A stretch of DNA of 64,000 nt from Escherichia phage p000v, in the sequence record NC_055781.1; one strand, given 5' to 3'. The notes under the pieces were generated by a model that did not search any database, was not told the DNA's origin, and worked only from the letters and a program-made list of their open reading frames with translations. Below, piece after piece: positions 9,567-18,901 of the stretch. The position numbers were made by a program, and so were the translations under genes. How positions within the stretch are numbered: position 1 is the first letter of the stretch; the number at the start of each line of letters is the position of its first letter.

Positions 9567-10033
9567 ATTATGATAGATTTTATCCTTGCGATTTTGTGAA
9601 TGGCCCGGGATGCAGGGTCGTTCTTTTCGTTACGGGTTGTTTGCATAAATGCGAAGGGTGTTATAATAAATCAACATGGAATGCTAGAAATGGTATTCCA
9701 TTCACTGGTGAAACACTAGAACAATTAATTGAATGTTTGAATAATGATTATATAGAAGGATTAACTATAACCGGAGGTGACCCTCTCTATCCTGATAACC
9801 GAGATGTTATTCATTGCATTGCTCAAACAGTAAAAAATCTTTATCCCAATAAAAGCATTTGGTTGTGGACAGGATATAAGTTTGAAGATATTAAACAACT
9901 AGAAATGCTTAAATATGTTGATGTTATTATTGATGGGAAGTATGAGAAAAATCTTCCGACTAAAAAGCTGTGGCGAGGATCAGATAATCAGCGACTTTGG
10001 TCAAATACCGATGGGGTGTGGAAACATGATTAA
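9563..10033 (+). CDS. nrdG: anaerobic RNR activating enzyme NrdG (radical SAM)
   Basis: 156 aa; CLHKCEGCYN radical-SAM-type Cys motif; coupled to nrdD (ATGA overlap). Confidence 0.9.
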   Translation: MNYDRFYPCDFVNGPGCRVVLFVTGCLHKCEGCYNKSTWNARNGIPFTGETLEQLIECLNNDYIEGLTITGGDPLYPDNRDVIHCIAQTVKNLYPNKSIWLWTGYKFEDIKQLEMLKYVDVIIDGKYEKNLPTKKLWRGSDNQRLWSNTDGVWKHD

Positions 10034-10143
10034 ATTGAATTACATTATGGATACTATAAATGATATGATTTTTCGTTTTGGTCCAGAATTTTATTCGCAA
10101 TATAGTTTAATGATTATCAATGCTTAGTTAATTAAGGGTAAAT

Positions 10144-10359
10144 ATGTACAAATTTCGTAAAGGTTTAGCTGATTTTCTTACAACTGTAACGTTCTTTTTG
10201 TTTATGGCAGTTGGAGCTATTTTTCTTATTCCTTTTACTGGTGTATTTTTCGTGATTAGTTTAATTTCTCCAGAAAAGGGTTTATCCTCCAGCGAATTCA
10301 ATGAACGTTTGGACAAAATTACTAATAAACTGAATTCTGTTCTTGATAAAAAGGCTTAA
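10144..10359 (+). CDS. small membrane protein
   Basis: ORF track; hydrophobic core. Confidence 0.45.
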   Translation: MYKFRKGLADFLTTVTFFLFMAVGAIFLIPFTGVFFVISLISPEKGLSSSEFNERLDKITNKLNSVLDKKA

Positions 10360-10361
10360 TT

Positions 10362-10679
10362 ATGATTAGTTTTGAGCGGTATGTAGTAGAGAGTTGGAAT
10401 GGTTTTGATATGTTCGGTAATGACTATTATTTCTATGAATGTAGTCTGAACCCAAGCTTCTGGGCTGGACGTGAACAAGACCTCGAAGAAATCAACGCTC
10501 GTGCCGATTTGTTAGGTGAACTGCCTACGGTTTATTTTACCTTTGATGAATCCGGCTTCGTTATCCAGGTTTATTTTCCTGAAGAAAACTCTGGTGAGGA
10601 TTCTGTTAATCCTCCTTATTGGGCTTACCAAGGAATTATTTCTCGTGGAACAAAACTCGAACTTAAAGAACAAGATTGA
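10362..10679 (+). CDS. hypothetical protein
   Basis: ORF track 105 aa. Confidence 0.5.
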   Translation: MISFERYVVESWNGFDMFGNDYYFYECSLNPSFWAGREQDLEEINARADLLGELPTVYFTFDESGFVIQVYFPEENSGEDSVNPPYWAYQGIISRGTKLELKEQD

Positions 10680-10968
10680 AATTTATGGCATCCCTGAAGA
10701 AGTTGGACGTTGTCCAGGATGTTATACTGTTACAAAACTTTTAAAGGAGCTCAATGCTCCTTATACATTTTATAAAGTCCTCACTAATAATGGTAAGATT
10801 GAATATGACCGTCCTTTAATCGTATCTCTTGCTAAACGTGCAGGATTCACTTCACTTAATATTCGTTATCCTGTCATATTTTTAAATGATAAGAAACAAA
10901 AGAATATTGCAGAGTTTAAAAAGTCCTTGATTTCATTAGGATATGACTCTGATATCATAGAAGATTGA
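10645..10968 (+). CDS. glutaredoxin/NrdH-like redoxin (CPGC motif); start uncertain, GTG at 10645 proposed
   Basis: IEIYGIPEEVGRCPGCY thioredoxin-fold motif; no in-frame ATG near the domain start; GTG preceded by AGGA. Confidence 0.5.
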   Translation: MEQNSNLKNKIEIYGIPEEVGRCPGCYTVTKLLKELNAPYTFYKVLTNNGKIEYDRPLIVSLAKRAGFTSLNIRYPVIFLNDKKQKNIAEFKKSLISLGYDSDIIED

Positions 10969-10992
10969 CCAGGTGCCGCCTGGTCTTCTTTA
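10967..10992 (+). terminator. hairpin GACCAGG-UGCCG-CCUGGUC followed by T-rich run
   Basis: 7 bp stem overlapping stop codon of redoxin gene. Confidence 0.4.
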
Positions 10993-11133
10993 TCCCATTT
11001 CCAATATAATCTATTGGAATCTTCACTTCACTATCTCCTTGTGCCCCTCTCAAACCAAAAATATTTTCATAAAACAGTTTACATCCTCAATAGTTGTGTT
11101 AAGATTAAACCATCTACTATAGAGGAAAATAAA

Positions 11134-11316
11134 ATGACAATTGAAGATAAAGAAATTAAGGTTGACCAGTACTATTCTGTCAACGGTAATGCAGTACAGA
11201 TAACCAGAGTTTCAAGCCTGGATGTTTGGTACCGTTCAATCAAATATCCAGAAATTGGTGAAATGCTTTGTGACCGTGGTATCTTCTGTTCAATTGCAAA
11301 GGAAATTAAGCCATGA
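11134..11316 (+). CDS. hypothetical small protein
   Basis: Internal ATG with RBS AGAGGAAAA; upstream part of tracked ORF lacks RBS. Confidence 0.4.
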   Translation: MTIEDKEIKVDQYYSVNGNAVQITRVSSLDVWYRSIKYPEIGEMLCDRGIFCSIAKEIKP

Positions 11317-11561
11317 TTAGTTTAGACTCAAAGAAAGTTGTTCTAACCCTTAAAGTTAATGACGAGCGACTGGTATTCATTACCATTTCCGATTTACATG
11401 TTGAAATTGCTAATGGCGTCCGTACTTATCAAGCAAATAAAACTCATTGGGATTATATCCCGATGTTGACGCTTACTCAGCGTTTAGAATCAATCGGTCT
11501 TAAAGACCTTTCAGTAAGTGAAGTGAATTTTATCAAACGTGTCGTATCAATCAACCTCTGA
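11313..11561 (+). CDS. hypothetical protein
   Basis: ORF track; coupled start. Confidence 0.45.
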   Translation: MISLDSKKVVLTLKVNDERLVFITISDLHVEIANGVRTYQANKTHWDYIPMLTLTQRLESIGLKDLSVSEVNFIKRVVSINL

Positions 11562-11568
11562 GGTACTT

Positions 11569-11862
11569 ATGGGTAAAACATATCGTCGTAAAGATTTGAA
11601 AGTTCGCGATTATGACTATTTTGGTAAGCGTAAAGCTCCTGACGGTGTTAGCCACAAGGACATGGTTGAAAACATTTTCCGCTCAGATAAATGGAAACGT
11701 ATGAAAGGAGTTGATTCTGAAGTCAAGAATGAAATGAATCGACAACTCCGCAAAGAAGTTCGTAAGTTGAAAAAAGATGTTTACAGTAAAGAAGAGTATG
11801 ATTATAATACTTCTCATACTGAAGCCAAACGTAAAGCTAACGAATGTTATCGTTACAGTTGA
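11569..11862 (+). CDS. hypothetical basic protein
   Basis: ATG with RBS GAGGT; Lys/Arg-rich. Confidence 0.5.
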   Translation: MGKTYRRKDLKVRDYDYFGKRKAPDGVSHKDMVENIFRSDKWKRMKGVDSEVKNEMNRQLRKEVRKLKKDVYSKEEYDYNTSHTEAKRKANECYRYS

Positions 11863-12000
11863 GGAAATTATGAATATCAAACGAATGCTTTTTAAGCAGG
11901 GATTATATACTTTAAATGTTAATCCAAAGGGTGATACAACTAAATGGTCTGTAAATGACTGGATTAAGTTCATCGATGAAAATGGGGCGTGGAACACAAA

Positions 12001-12201
12001 ATGAATCCTGAAAATATTGTGTCATGGCAACTTCGTGAAGAACGTGCCGAATTCTTTGCCAATATGAAACTCAACGGTGTTGAGGATGAAGACTTTTTAC
12101 GCTGGTTCTGGATTTACAAATACAAAGAATGCCAACATGCTGTGCTATTGACTTGCGCAATTATGTACGAAGGCTGGAAAGGCGCTAAAAAGTTCGGTTA
12201 A
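12001..12201 (+). CDS. hypothetical protein
   Basis: ATG at 12001 overlapping upstream stop. Confidence 0.45.
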   Translation: MNPENIVSWQLREERAEFFANMKLNGVEDEDFLRWFWIYKYKECQHAVLLTCAIMYEGWKGAKKFG

Positions 12202-12256
12202 TAGTTTATGATGGTAGGAAGAAGTGTTATCTTCCTACCAATTTGAGGAGAATATC

Positions 12257-12496
12257 ATGGAACAAGAATTAGACATTATTACATCGAAAAAACGTCTTGA
12301 AGTTGTAGTGAACGGCTCAACTATTAAGTTTGTATATGACACTTTAACTGATGCTATTACCGTTAGTTGTGGCGGAAAGGCTTTTAGTCTAGATTCTACT
12401 GAAAACAAATACCCGTTCTATAAAGGTATCTTTGATATGGGTGTTGATATCAGTGTTCGTCAAGCAAACTATTTACATTATCTTATCACGAAATAA
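12257..12496 (+). CDS. hypothetical protein
   Basis: ATG with RBS GAGGAGAA. Confidence 0.45.
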   Translation: MEQELDIITSKKRLEVVVNGSTIKFVYDTLTDAITVSCGGKAFSLDSTENKYPFYKGIFDMGVDISVRQANYLHYLITK

Positions 12497-12500
12497 CGCA

Positions 12501-12531
12501 CAAACTCTTGAGAGCAGAGTATAATGCTCTC
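12501..12531 (+). repeat. repeated early-promoter cassette CAAACTCTTGAGAGCAGAGTATAATGCTCTC (copy 1)
   Basis: Identical 31 bp at 57446-57476; -10 TATAAT flanked by inverted repeat GAGAGC/GCTCTC. Confidence 0.6.
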
Positions 12532-12562
12532 GTTGGATAATAAAATAACAGAGGAAAATAAT

Positions 12563-12895
12563 ATGTCTACTAAAATCAAAAACGTAGTGAACTCTTTCGC
12601 TTTCGATAAAGTTGTTAGTCTTCTAGAAAAAGGTGGTATTGTTACTCCTCAAGTTCTTGACGCGTGGGAATTCCGTCTTTATGAAATCATGCAAAAACAC
12701 GACCAGAAAATTGGACGTAATTCTATTCGTGAAATTCTAGTACAATATATTCTTTCTGAATTTGACGTTGCCGCATTTGGTGTTGAATCTAAAGCTTATC
12801 AGAAACATGAAATCTCTGAAAAAACTATCCGTCGTATGAAAAATCAACGTAAGAAAAAATTCGCTGACTTGAAAATTGTTAAGGCGGTAAAATGA
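12563..12895 (+). CDS. hypothetical protein
   Basis: ATG with RBS AGAGGAAAA. Confidence 0.5.
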   Translation: MSTKIKNVVNSFAFDKVVSLLEKGGIVTPQVLDAWEFRLYEIMQKHDQKIGRNSIREILVQYILSEFDVAAFGVESKAYQKHEISEKTIRRMKNQRKKKFADLKIVKAVK

Positions 12896-13119
12896 GCATA
12901 CTAACAGAAACTTTGATTAATGATCTGCGTCTAGCTGGTTACGAAGTTGGTACAAATAGTCTAGGTCTTCCTCAGATCGAAGGTCCTGGATTTATTCTAG
13001 AATACGAATTCAAACAATGGTGGTTATATGCTACGGTTGACGATGCGTTGAATATTGATTTCGTTGACCAATTTGATTCATTGGATGCTGCCTTATTTGC
13101 AGCAAAGGAACTAGAATGA
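12892..13119 (+). CDS. hypothetical protein
   Basis: ORF track; coupled start. Confidence 0.45.
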   Translation: MSILTETLINDLRLAGYEVGTNSLGLPQIEGPGFILEYEFKQWWLYATVDDALNIDFVDQFDSLDAALFAAKELE

Positions 13120-13385
13120 AATTAACTCGAATCAGTATAACTGAAGAAAAGCTGGGCGAATTTTACGTCGACAACTTTATGAAAGTTACGTATTTTCCAT
13201 TTGTTAAAGGTGTCGGTTTTTGGGAAACTCATGTATCTCAATTAAACGAAGGCGACTATAACGAAACACATGAGAACTTTTTAGATTTTCTTTATGGAGC
13301 TGGATTAACCGAGCTTTATATTGATATACATGAGTTCAAACGTTTAATGGAAAAAGTATTCCAGGCGTATTGTTTGCTCCGATAG
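13116..13385 (+). CDS. hypothetical protein
   Basis: ORF track; coupled start. Confidence 0.45.
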   Translation: MKLTRISITEEKLGEFYVDNFMKVTYFPFVKGVGFWETHVSQLNEGDYNETHENFLDFLYGAGLTELYIDIHEFKRLMEKVFQAYCLLR

Positions 13386-13457
13386 TATCTCGTGCTTTAA
13401 GATAGGTCTCTAAATATTATGATATAATAGACCTATGAATTGAGCCAAGAGGTACTT

Positions 13458-14015
13458 ATGACTGAACAAAAACCTAAAAATAACTATGTGAATAATAAAG
13501 AGCTTCTCGCCGCTATAATCGAGTGGAAAAAGGAGCTCTTAAATAATAAAGACCCAAACAAAATTATTCGTCAGAATGATACCATCGGTTTAGCAATTAT
13601 GCTTATCGCCGAAGGCCTGTCCAAACGTTTCAACTTTTCAGGATATACCCAGTCTTGGAAGCAGGAGATGATTGCAGATGGGATTGAAGCCTCTATTAAG
13701 GGACTTCATAATTTCGACGAAACTAAGTACAATAACCCACATGCATACATAACTCGAGCTTGTTTTAATGCTTTTGTCCAACGTATCAAAAAAGAACGTA
13801 AGGAAGTTGCAAAGAAATATAGTTACTTCGTTCATAATGTCTACGACAGTCATGACGATGATATGGTAGCGTTGGTAGATGAAACGTTTATTCAAGACAT
13901 CTACGATAAAATGACGCATTATGAAGAATCCGCTTATAAAGCTCCTGGGGCTGAAAAGAAGGAAGTTGTTAGCGATTCGCCTAGTTTGGATTTTTTATAT
14001 GAGGATGACAATTGA
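13458..14015 (+). CDS. 55: late-transcription sigma factor gp55
   Basis: [59 protein letters not shown] matches recalled T4 gp55; ATG 13458 with RBS GAGGT. Confidence 0.9.
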   Translation: MTEQKPKNNYVNNKELLAAIIEWKKELLNNKDPNKIIRQNDTIGLAIMLIAEGLSKRFNFSGYTQSWKQEMIADGIEASIKGLHNFDETKYNNPHAYITRACFNAFVQRIKKERKEVAKKYSYFVHNVYDSHDDDMVALVDETFIQDIYDKMTHYEESAYKAPGAEKKEVVSDSPSLDFLYEDDN

Positions 14016-14215
14016 CATCTCTAACTACTTAGAAGAACCTTTTGACGAAGCAATCCCTTATTTGGTAAAACTGTTGGGTCGTGAATTTAAAATTAATTTT
14101 GACATCGACCCTTTGAACCCACATGACGTGTCATTTTCAATAAATGGGACTCCAGTTGAGTACGAGTTCTGTATTGAAGAGGATGGACGTTTTTATTTTA
14201 ATTTAATGAGATAAT

Positions 14216-14539
14216 ATGACTACCGAGATTATTGAAAATAAAGAAGCAGAAGATGCAGTAGCTAAAATGCTACAAGAAATCCAAAAGAAAAATGAAGCTG
14301 AAGCACGTAAAAAATCCGAAAAGATTCTTAAAAAGAATCGTTTTGAACTAAACCGTCTTTATGCACATGCTCAAGAAGCAGCAATTCAAAACAACTTCGA
14401 AGCTTACGAATATGCTATTAAGAAATCTCGGGATATTCTACGACAACCATATAATGACAAGTTAATTAAAATCCAGTGGATTACTACTCGTCAGGCTATT
14501 GAGGACATCATTAATGGCGCTAGTTCAAACAAAGTTTAA
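14216..14539 (+). CDS. hypothetical protein
   Basis: ORF track 107 aa. Confidence 0.45.
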   Translation: MTTEIIENKEAEDAVAKMLQEIQKKNEAEARKKSEKILKKNRFELNRLYAHAQEAAIQNNFEAYEYAIKKSRDILRQPYNDKLIKIQWITTRQAIEDIINGASSNKV

Positions 14540-14720
14540 ACGTCTGAAGCTGAACGCAGGGTTCTCTCTTAAATTGGGAGGTCCTCTTTGTGTTAAAATT
14601 TCTGAAAAGGAATATCACGACGGTTCTATTACAGAAATTTGTCCGCCTATTGTAAAGGCAGACCCAAAACAACTCGTATGGGTCGATTCATTTCAAGTTA
14701 AGAAATGGTGGAAACGATGA
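14514..14720 (+). CDS. hypothetical protein
   Basis: Internal ATG with GAGGA 9 nt upstream; overlaps previous ORF. Confidence 0.35.
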   Translation: MALVQTKFKRLKLNAGFSLKLGGPLCVKISEKEYHDGSITEICPPIVKADPKQLVWVDSFQVKKWWKR

Positions 14721-14933
14721 GAGAAATTGATTTAGGCATTTTCTGAGAGGTGCTTATGCATGACGAACATCCCGACTTCTGAAAATTTCGATAAAATCCG
14801 TAAAGGCAAAGCAGAAAGAATGAGACGTTTTAAAGAGTCTTATGATAAAGCTAAAGCCGAAGGAACTATTACGTACAAGCCCATTCGATTTAAAAGTTCA
14901 AATGAGCCTTTGTACGGTGTACTATGTGGATAG

Positions 14934-14957
14934 GAACTCTTCGGAGTTCCTTTTTTG
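14934..14957 (+). terminator. rho-independent terminator GGAACUC-UUCG-GAGUUCC + U6
   Basis: 7 bp stem, UUCG loop, TTTTTT tail. Confidence 0.6.
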
Positions 14958-15002
14958 CTTTATAAACGGATGATAGAATGAATTAACTAATGAGGAAATA
15001 AT

Positions 15003-16022
15003 ATGAAAATTTTGCACTTAGGCGACTTCCATATCGGAGTCAAACAAGACGACCCATGGGTCCAAGATATTCAACGTGATGGTATTCGTCAAGCAATTGA
15101 ATACTCTAAGAAACACGGGATTAAAACTTGGATTCAGTACGGTGATTGGTTTGACGTCCGTAAAGCAATAACACATCGTACAATGGAATTCAATCGTGAA
15201 ATCGTTGATATGATTTCTAAAGCAGGCATTCACGTTCATGTCACGATAGGAAACCATGACATGGCGTTTAAGAATACAATAACACCTAACACTGTTTCTG
15301 AATTGTTAACTCAATTTGAAAACTTTACTATTTACGAACATCCAACTACTGTAGATTTTGACGGATGTCTGATTGATATCGTTCCGTGGATGTGTGAAGA
15401 AAATACAGGTGAAATCTTAGAGCACATCAAGACTTCTTCTGCTGCGTATTGCGTTGGTCACTGGGAACTGAACGGCTTTTATTTCTATAAAGGAATGAAG
15501 TCTCATGGGCTTGAACCTGATTTCTTAAAGACCTATAAACAAGTCTGGTCTGGCCACTTCCACACAATCTCTGAAGCTGCTAACGTCAAATATATTGGGA
15601 CACCATGGACCCTTACTGCAGGTGACGAGAACGACCCACGTGGATTCTGGGTATTTGACACTGATGTTGAACGTATGGAATTTATTCCTAATGAAACAAC
15701 ATGGCATCGACGAATCACTTATCCATTTAAAGGCAAAATCAATTATTCTGATTATACTAATCTAGCCGTACGTGTTATAGTATCAGAAATTGATTCAGAG
15801 TTGACTAAATTTGAATCTGAACTTGAAAAAGTAGTTCACTCTCTTCGTATGGTTTCTAAAGTTGATAACAGTGTTGAATCTGATGACGACCAGGAAATCG
15901 AGATTAAATCACTTCAAGATATCATTAAAGAATATATTGACGCGATTCCAGATATCTCAGACGAAGACAGAGAAGCGCTGGTCAAATATTCCAACGAACT
16001 TTATATTGAGGCAACACAATGA
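15003..16022 (+). CDS. 47: recombination endonuclease subunit gp47 (Mre11/SbcD-like)
   Basis: 339 aa; phosphoesterase motifs LHLGDFHIG and GNHD. Confidence 0.9.
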   Translation: MKILHLGDFHIGVKQDDPWVQDIQRDGIRQAIEYSKKHGIKTWIQYGDWFDVRKAITHRTMEFNREIVDMISKAGIHVHVTIGNHDMAFKNTITPNTVSELLTQFENFTIYEHPTTVDFDGCLIDIVPWMCEENTGEILEHIKTSSAAYCVGHWELNGFYFYKGMKSHGLEPDFLKTYKQVWSGHFHTISEAANVKYIGTPWTLTAGDENDPRGFWVFDTDVERMEFIPNETTWHRRITYPFKGKINYSDYTNLAVRVIVSEIDSELTKFESELEKVVHSLRMVSKVDNSVESDDDQEIEIKSLQDIIKEYIDAIPDISDEDREALVKYSNELYIEATQ

Positions 16023-16276
16023 CTTTAGATGAATTTAACAATGCTGGGCTAGGGCTTGAAGTTGAAATAGACGTTAAAGATGATGATGGATTCGAGAACA
16101 CTATCAAGTATTGGATTGAGCCATTACGTGTTGAAGGCAATGAAGTTAAAGCAGTTCATGTCTACACCGACTGGGCTATTGAATTTAGCTTTAATATAAT
16201 GGACAACGATACTCCTGGCTCTATTCTTAAAATGGCTGAAGCATGTATCAAGGATGCGTATAATGACGAAGACTGA
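16019..16276 (+). CDS. hypothetical protein
   Basis: ORF track; coupled start. Confidence 0.45.
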   Translation: MTLDEFNNAGLGLEVEIDVKDDDGFENTIKYWIEPLRVEGNEVKAVHVYTDWAIEFSFNIMDNDTPGSILKMAEACIKDAYNDED

Positions 16277-16502
16277 CTATGAAATCCATCGTCACGAATT
16301 TAGTATTGGTGACGGTTATATTGGTATCGTTGAATGGACTGAGAATTACGAGGAATCAACTCCTCGTTTCTTTGGAACAATGTATGTTACCTGTGAGTAC
16401 GCACCAGGTGTTGTTATGTATGCAGAACTAGATGAATATTTTTCTGATAGGGATGACATGTTAAAATATGTAGAGGACTTCATTCGAAGAGAATACATAT
16501 GA
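16254..16502 (+). CDS. hypothetical protein
   Basis: ORF track. Confidence 0.45.
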   Translation: MRIMTKTDYEIHRHEFSIGDGYIGIVEWTENYEESTPRFFGTMYVTCEYAPGVVMYAELDEYFSDRDDMLKYVEDFIRREYI

Positions 16503-18187
16503 AATCATTTAAATTAAATCGTGTTCGTTATCAAAACATCATGTCGGTAGGTGGGAATCCTATTGATATCCAATTAGATAAAGTCCAAAAGACATTAATC
16601 ACTGGTAAAAATGGTGGTGGTAAATCTACGATGTTAGAAGCCATTACTTTCGGACTTTTCGGTAAACCATTTCGTGATGTTAAGAAAGGACAAATCATTA
16701 ATAGCACGAACAAGAAAGAGCTCTTAGTTGAGCTTTGGATGGAATTCGATGATAAAAAATACTTCATTAAACGTGGCCAAAAGCCCAATATTTTCGAAAT
16801 CTCCGTTGACGGTGTTCGTCTTGATGAATCTGCCAGCAGTCGTGACTTCCAAGAAGAATTTGAACGTAGCATCGGAATGTCATACGCGTCTTTTAAACAG
16901 ATCGTTGTGCTTGGGACGGCAGGGTATACCCCTTTCATGGCTCTTAGCACCCCTGCTCGTAGAAAACTTGTCGAAGACCTTTTAGAAGTCGGCACACTCG
17001 CTGAAATGGATAAAATCAATAAGTCTCAAGTTCGAGAACTTAATTCCCAGGGGCAAGTTCTCGATGCCAAGAAAGATGGTATTATCCAACAAATTAAGAT
17101 TTATAACGAGAATATCGAACGCCAAAAGAAATTATCTGGCGATAATGTAGCACGTCTACAGAATATGTATGACGACCTAGCCAAAGAAGCTCGTTCATTA
17201 AAAGCAGAAATTGAAGAAGCTAATGAGCGTCTACTTAATATCGTTCTTGACGAAGACCCTACTGAGGCATTCAACAAGATCGGACAAGAAGCATTCTTGA
17301 TTAAATCTAAAATCGACTCATATAACAAAGTTATTAAGATGTATCATGACGGTGGCACATGTCCTACTTGTGCATCACAGTTGCACCAGGGTGATCCTAT
17401 TGTCTCTAAGATTACCGATAAGCTTCATGAATGTAATCACTCATTCGAGCAACTTACCTGTCACAGAGATAATCTGAGTGTCCTAGTGGACGAATATAGA
17501 GCTAATGTTAAGACTAAACAGGACCTTGCATCTGATATTCGTACCAAGAAACAAGCAATGATTGCCACTATTGATAAAGCTAAGAAAGTTAAAGCTGCAA
17601 TAGAACAAGCCTCGGCGGAATTTATCGACCATGCCGATGAGATAGCTTTGCTTCAAAAAGAACTTGATAAAATCATTAAAACAAAATCGGATAACGTTCT
17701 TGAAAAATACCATCGTGGTATTATAACAGATATGTTAAAAGATTCTGGTATTAAAGGTGCTATCATTAAAAAATATGTGCCTCTGTTCAACAAGCAGATT
17801 AACCATTACCTTAAAATCATGGAAGCTGATTATGTGTTTTCTATTGACGAAGAATTCAATGAATCTATAAAATCACGTGGTCGTGAAGATTTTAGTTATG
17901 CTTCATTTAGTCAAGGTGAAAAGGCACGTATCGATATCGCATTGTTGTTTACATGGCGAGATATTGCTGAAAAAGTTTCTGGTGTTAAAATCAACACGTT
18001 GATTCTTGATGAGGTTTTTGACGGCGCTGTAGATTCTGAAGCTGTTAAGGCTATAGATACCATTCTTGGAAGTTTACAAAATACTAACGTGTTCATTATC
18101 TCTCATCGAGACCATGACCCTCAACGTTATGGACAACATCTTCAGATGAGTAAAGTTGGACGATTTACTGTAATGACTGTTTCATAA
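16499..18187 (+). CDS. 46: recombination endonuclease subunit gp46 (Rad50/SbcC-like ATPase)
   Basis: 562 aa; Walker A GKNGGGKST, long coiled-coil middle, D-loop LILDEVFDG. Confidence 0.9.
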   Translation: MKSFKLNRVRYQNIMSVGGNPIDIQLDKVQKTLITGKNGGGKSTMLEAITFGLFGKPFRDVKKGQIINSTNKKELLVELWMEFDDKKYFIKRGQKPNIFEISVDGVRLDESASSRDFQEEFERSIGMSYASFKQIVVLGTAGYTPFMALSTPARRKLVEDLLEVGTLAEMDKINKSQVRELNSQGQVLDAKKDGIIQQIKIYNENIERQKKLSGDNVARLQNMYDDLAKEARSLKAEIEEANERLLNIVLDEDPTEAFNKIGQEAFLIKSKIDSYNKVIKMYHDGGTCPTCASQLHQGDPIVSKITDKLHECNHSFEQLTCHRDNLSVLVDEYRANVKTKQDLASDIRTKKQAMIATIDKAKKVKAAIEQASAEFIDHADEIALLQKELDKIIKTKSDNVLEKYHRGIITDMLKDSGIKGAIIKKYVPLFNKQINHYLKIMEADYVFSIDEEFNESIKSRGREDFSYASFSQGEKARIDIALLFTWRDIAEKVSGVKINTLILDEVFDGAVDSEAVKAIDTILGSLQNTNVFIISHRDHDPQRYGQHLQMSKVGRFTVMTVS

Positions 18188-18213
18188 ACGCTTTAACACG
18201 ATGTGGTTATAAT
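18188..18213 (+). promoter_or_regulatory. candidate middle promoter (MotA box CGCTTTA, -10 TATAAT)
   Basis: GCTTTA then 11 nt then TATAAT. Confidence 0.4.
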
Positions 18214-18241
18214 GACCACATCAAATTAAATGGAGAACAAC

Positions 18242-18430
18242 ATGGAGTATTCAACCGGACAACATCTTCTTGTTGTCCCTGAAATTAAAAAATATGTTTT
18301 GACCAATACGTTTTCAGGTGAAGAACATATTGTTACTGAACAAATGCTCAAATCTGCTTTTAAAGATGAGTATAATAAAATAATGTCTAATCGCAATTCC
18401 GCATGGACAGTTACTGACTTCTACGAATAA
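18242..18430 (+). CDS. hypothetical protein
   Basis: ATG after GGAG. Confidence 0.4.
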   Translation: MEYSTGQHLLVVPEIKKYVLTNTFSGEEHIVTEQMLKSAFKDEYNKIMSNRNSAWTVTDFYE

Positions 18431-18442
18431 GAGAGAAATAAT

Positions 18443-18859
18443 ATGTTTACTACTGCTAAAGGTTTCACTGCTGCTGATCTGAAAGTTACTTCTATCCGTA
18501 CTGACGCTAACCCGCATAACCATAATCGTGTTCGTAAAGCATGGGTCCTGCATTGTGATGACGCAAGTGCTAAAAAGCTTCAATCTTTGCCACAAGAAAC
18601 TCGTTTTATGATTTATGGTTTTATTGATAACGATGTATCTGATATGTGGATTCATCTGATGCGTAAGCACTATAAAGATTCTATTGAAGCAGGTGGAAAA
18701 ATCGTTCTTGATAAAGATGGTTCTGAGCGCCTGGAAGATTTCTACTGTGTTGATGCTGACGAACAACTAATTGCAGCTGGCGAAATTGTTGCTTCTAAAA
18801 TTCCAGAATATATTGAATCACTGCCTGAAGCTATTAAAAAGCAGATGGTTGCTGCATAA
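18443..18859 (+). CDS. hypothetical protein at the position of T4 rpbA
   Basis: ORF track 138 aa; synteny only. Confidence 0.5.
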   Translation: MFTTAKGFTAADLKVTSIRTDANPHNHNRVRKAWVLHCDDASAKKLQSLPQETRFMIYGFIDNDVSDMWIHLMRKHYKDSIEAGGKIVLDKDGSERLEDFYCVDADEQLIAAGEIVASKIPEYIESLPEAIKKQMVAA

Positions 18860-18901
18860 TAAATTTGTTATAAACTTTGAATTGTCTTGAAAGGAAATAA
18901 A

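Noticed and set aside
16531-17019. 162-aa minus-strand ORF inside gene 46
   Set aside because: Antisense to the Rad50-like gene with clear Walker motifs; shadow ORF.
18314-18766. 150-aa minus-strand ORF overlapping the 18242 and 18443 ORFs
   Set aside because: Low-complexity translation, no RBS, antisense to coupled plus-strand genes.
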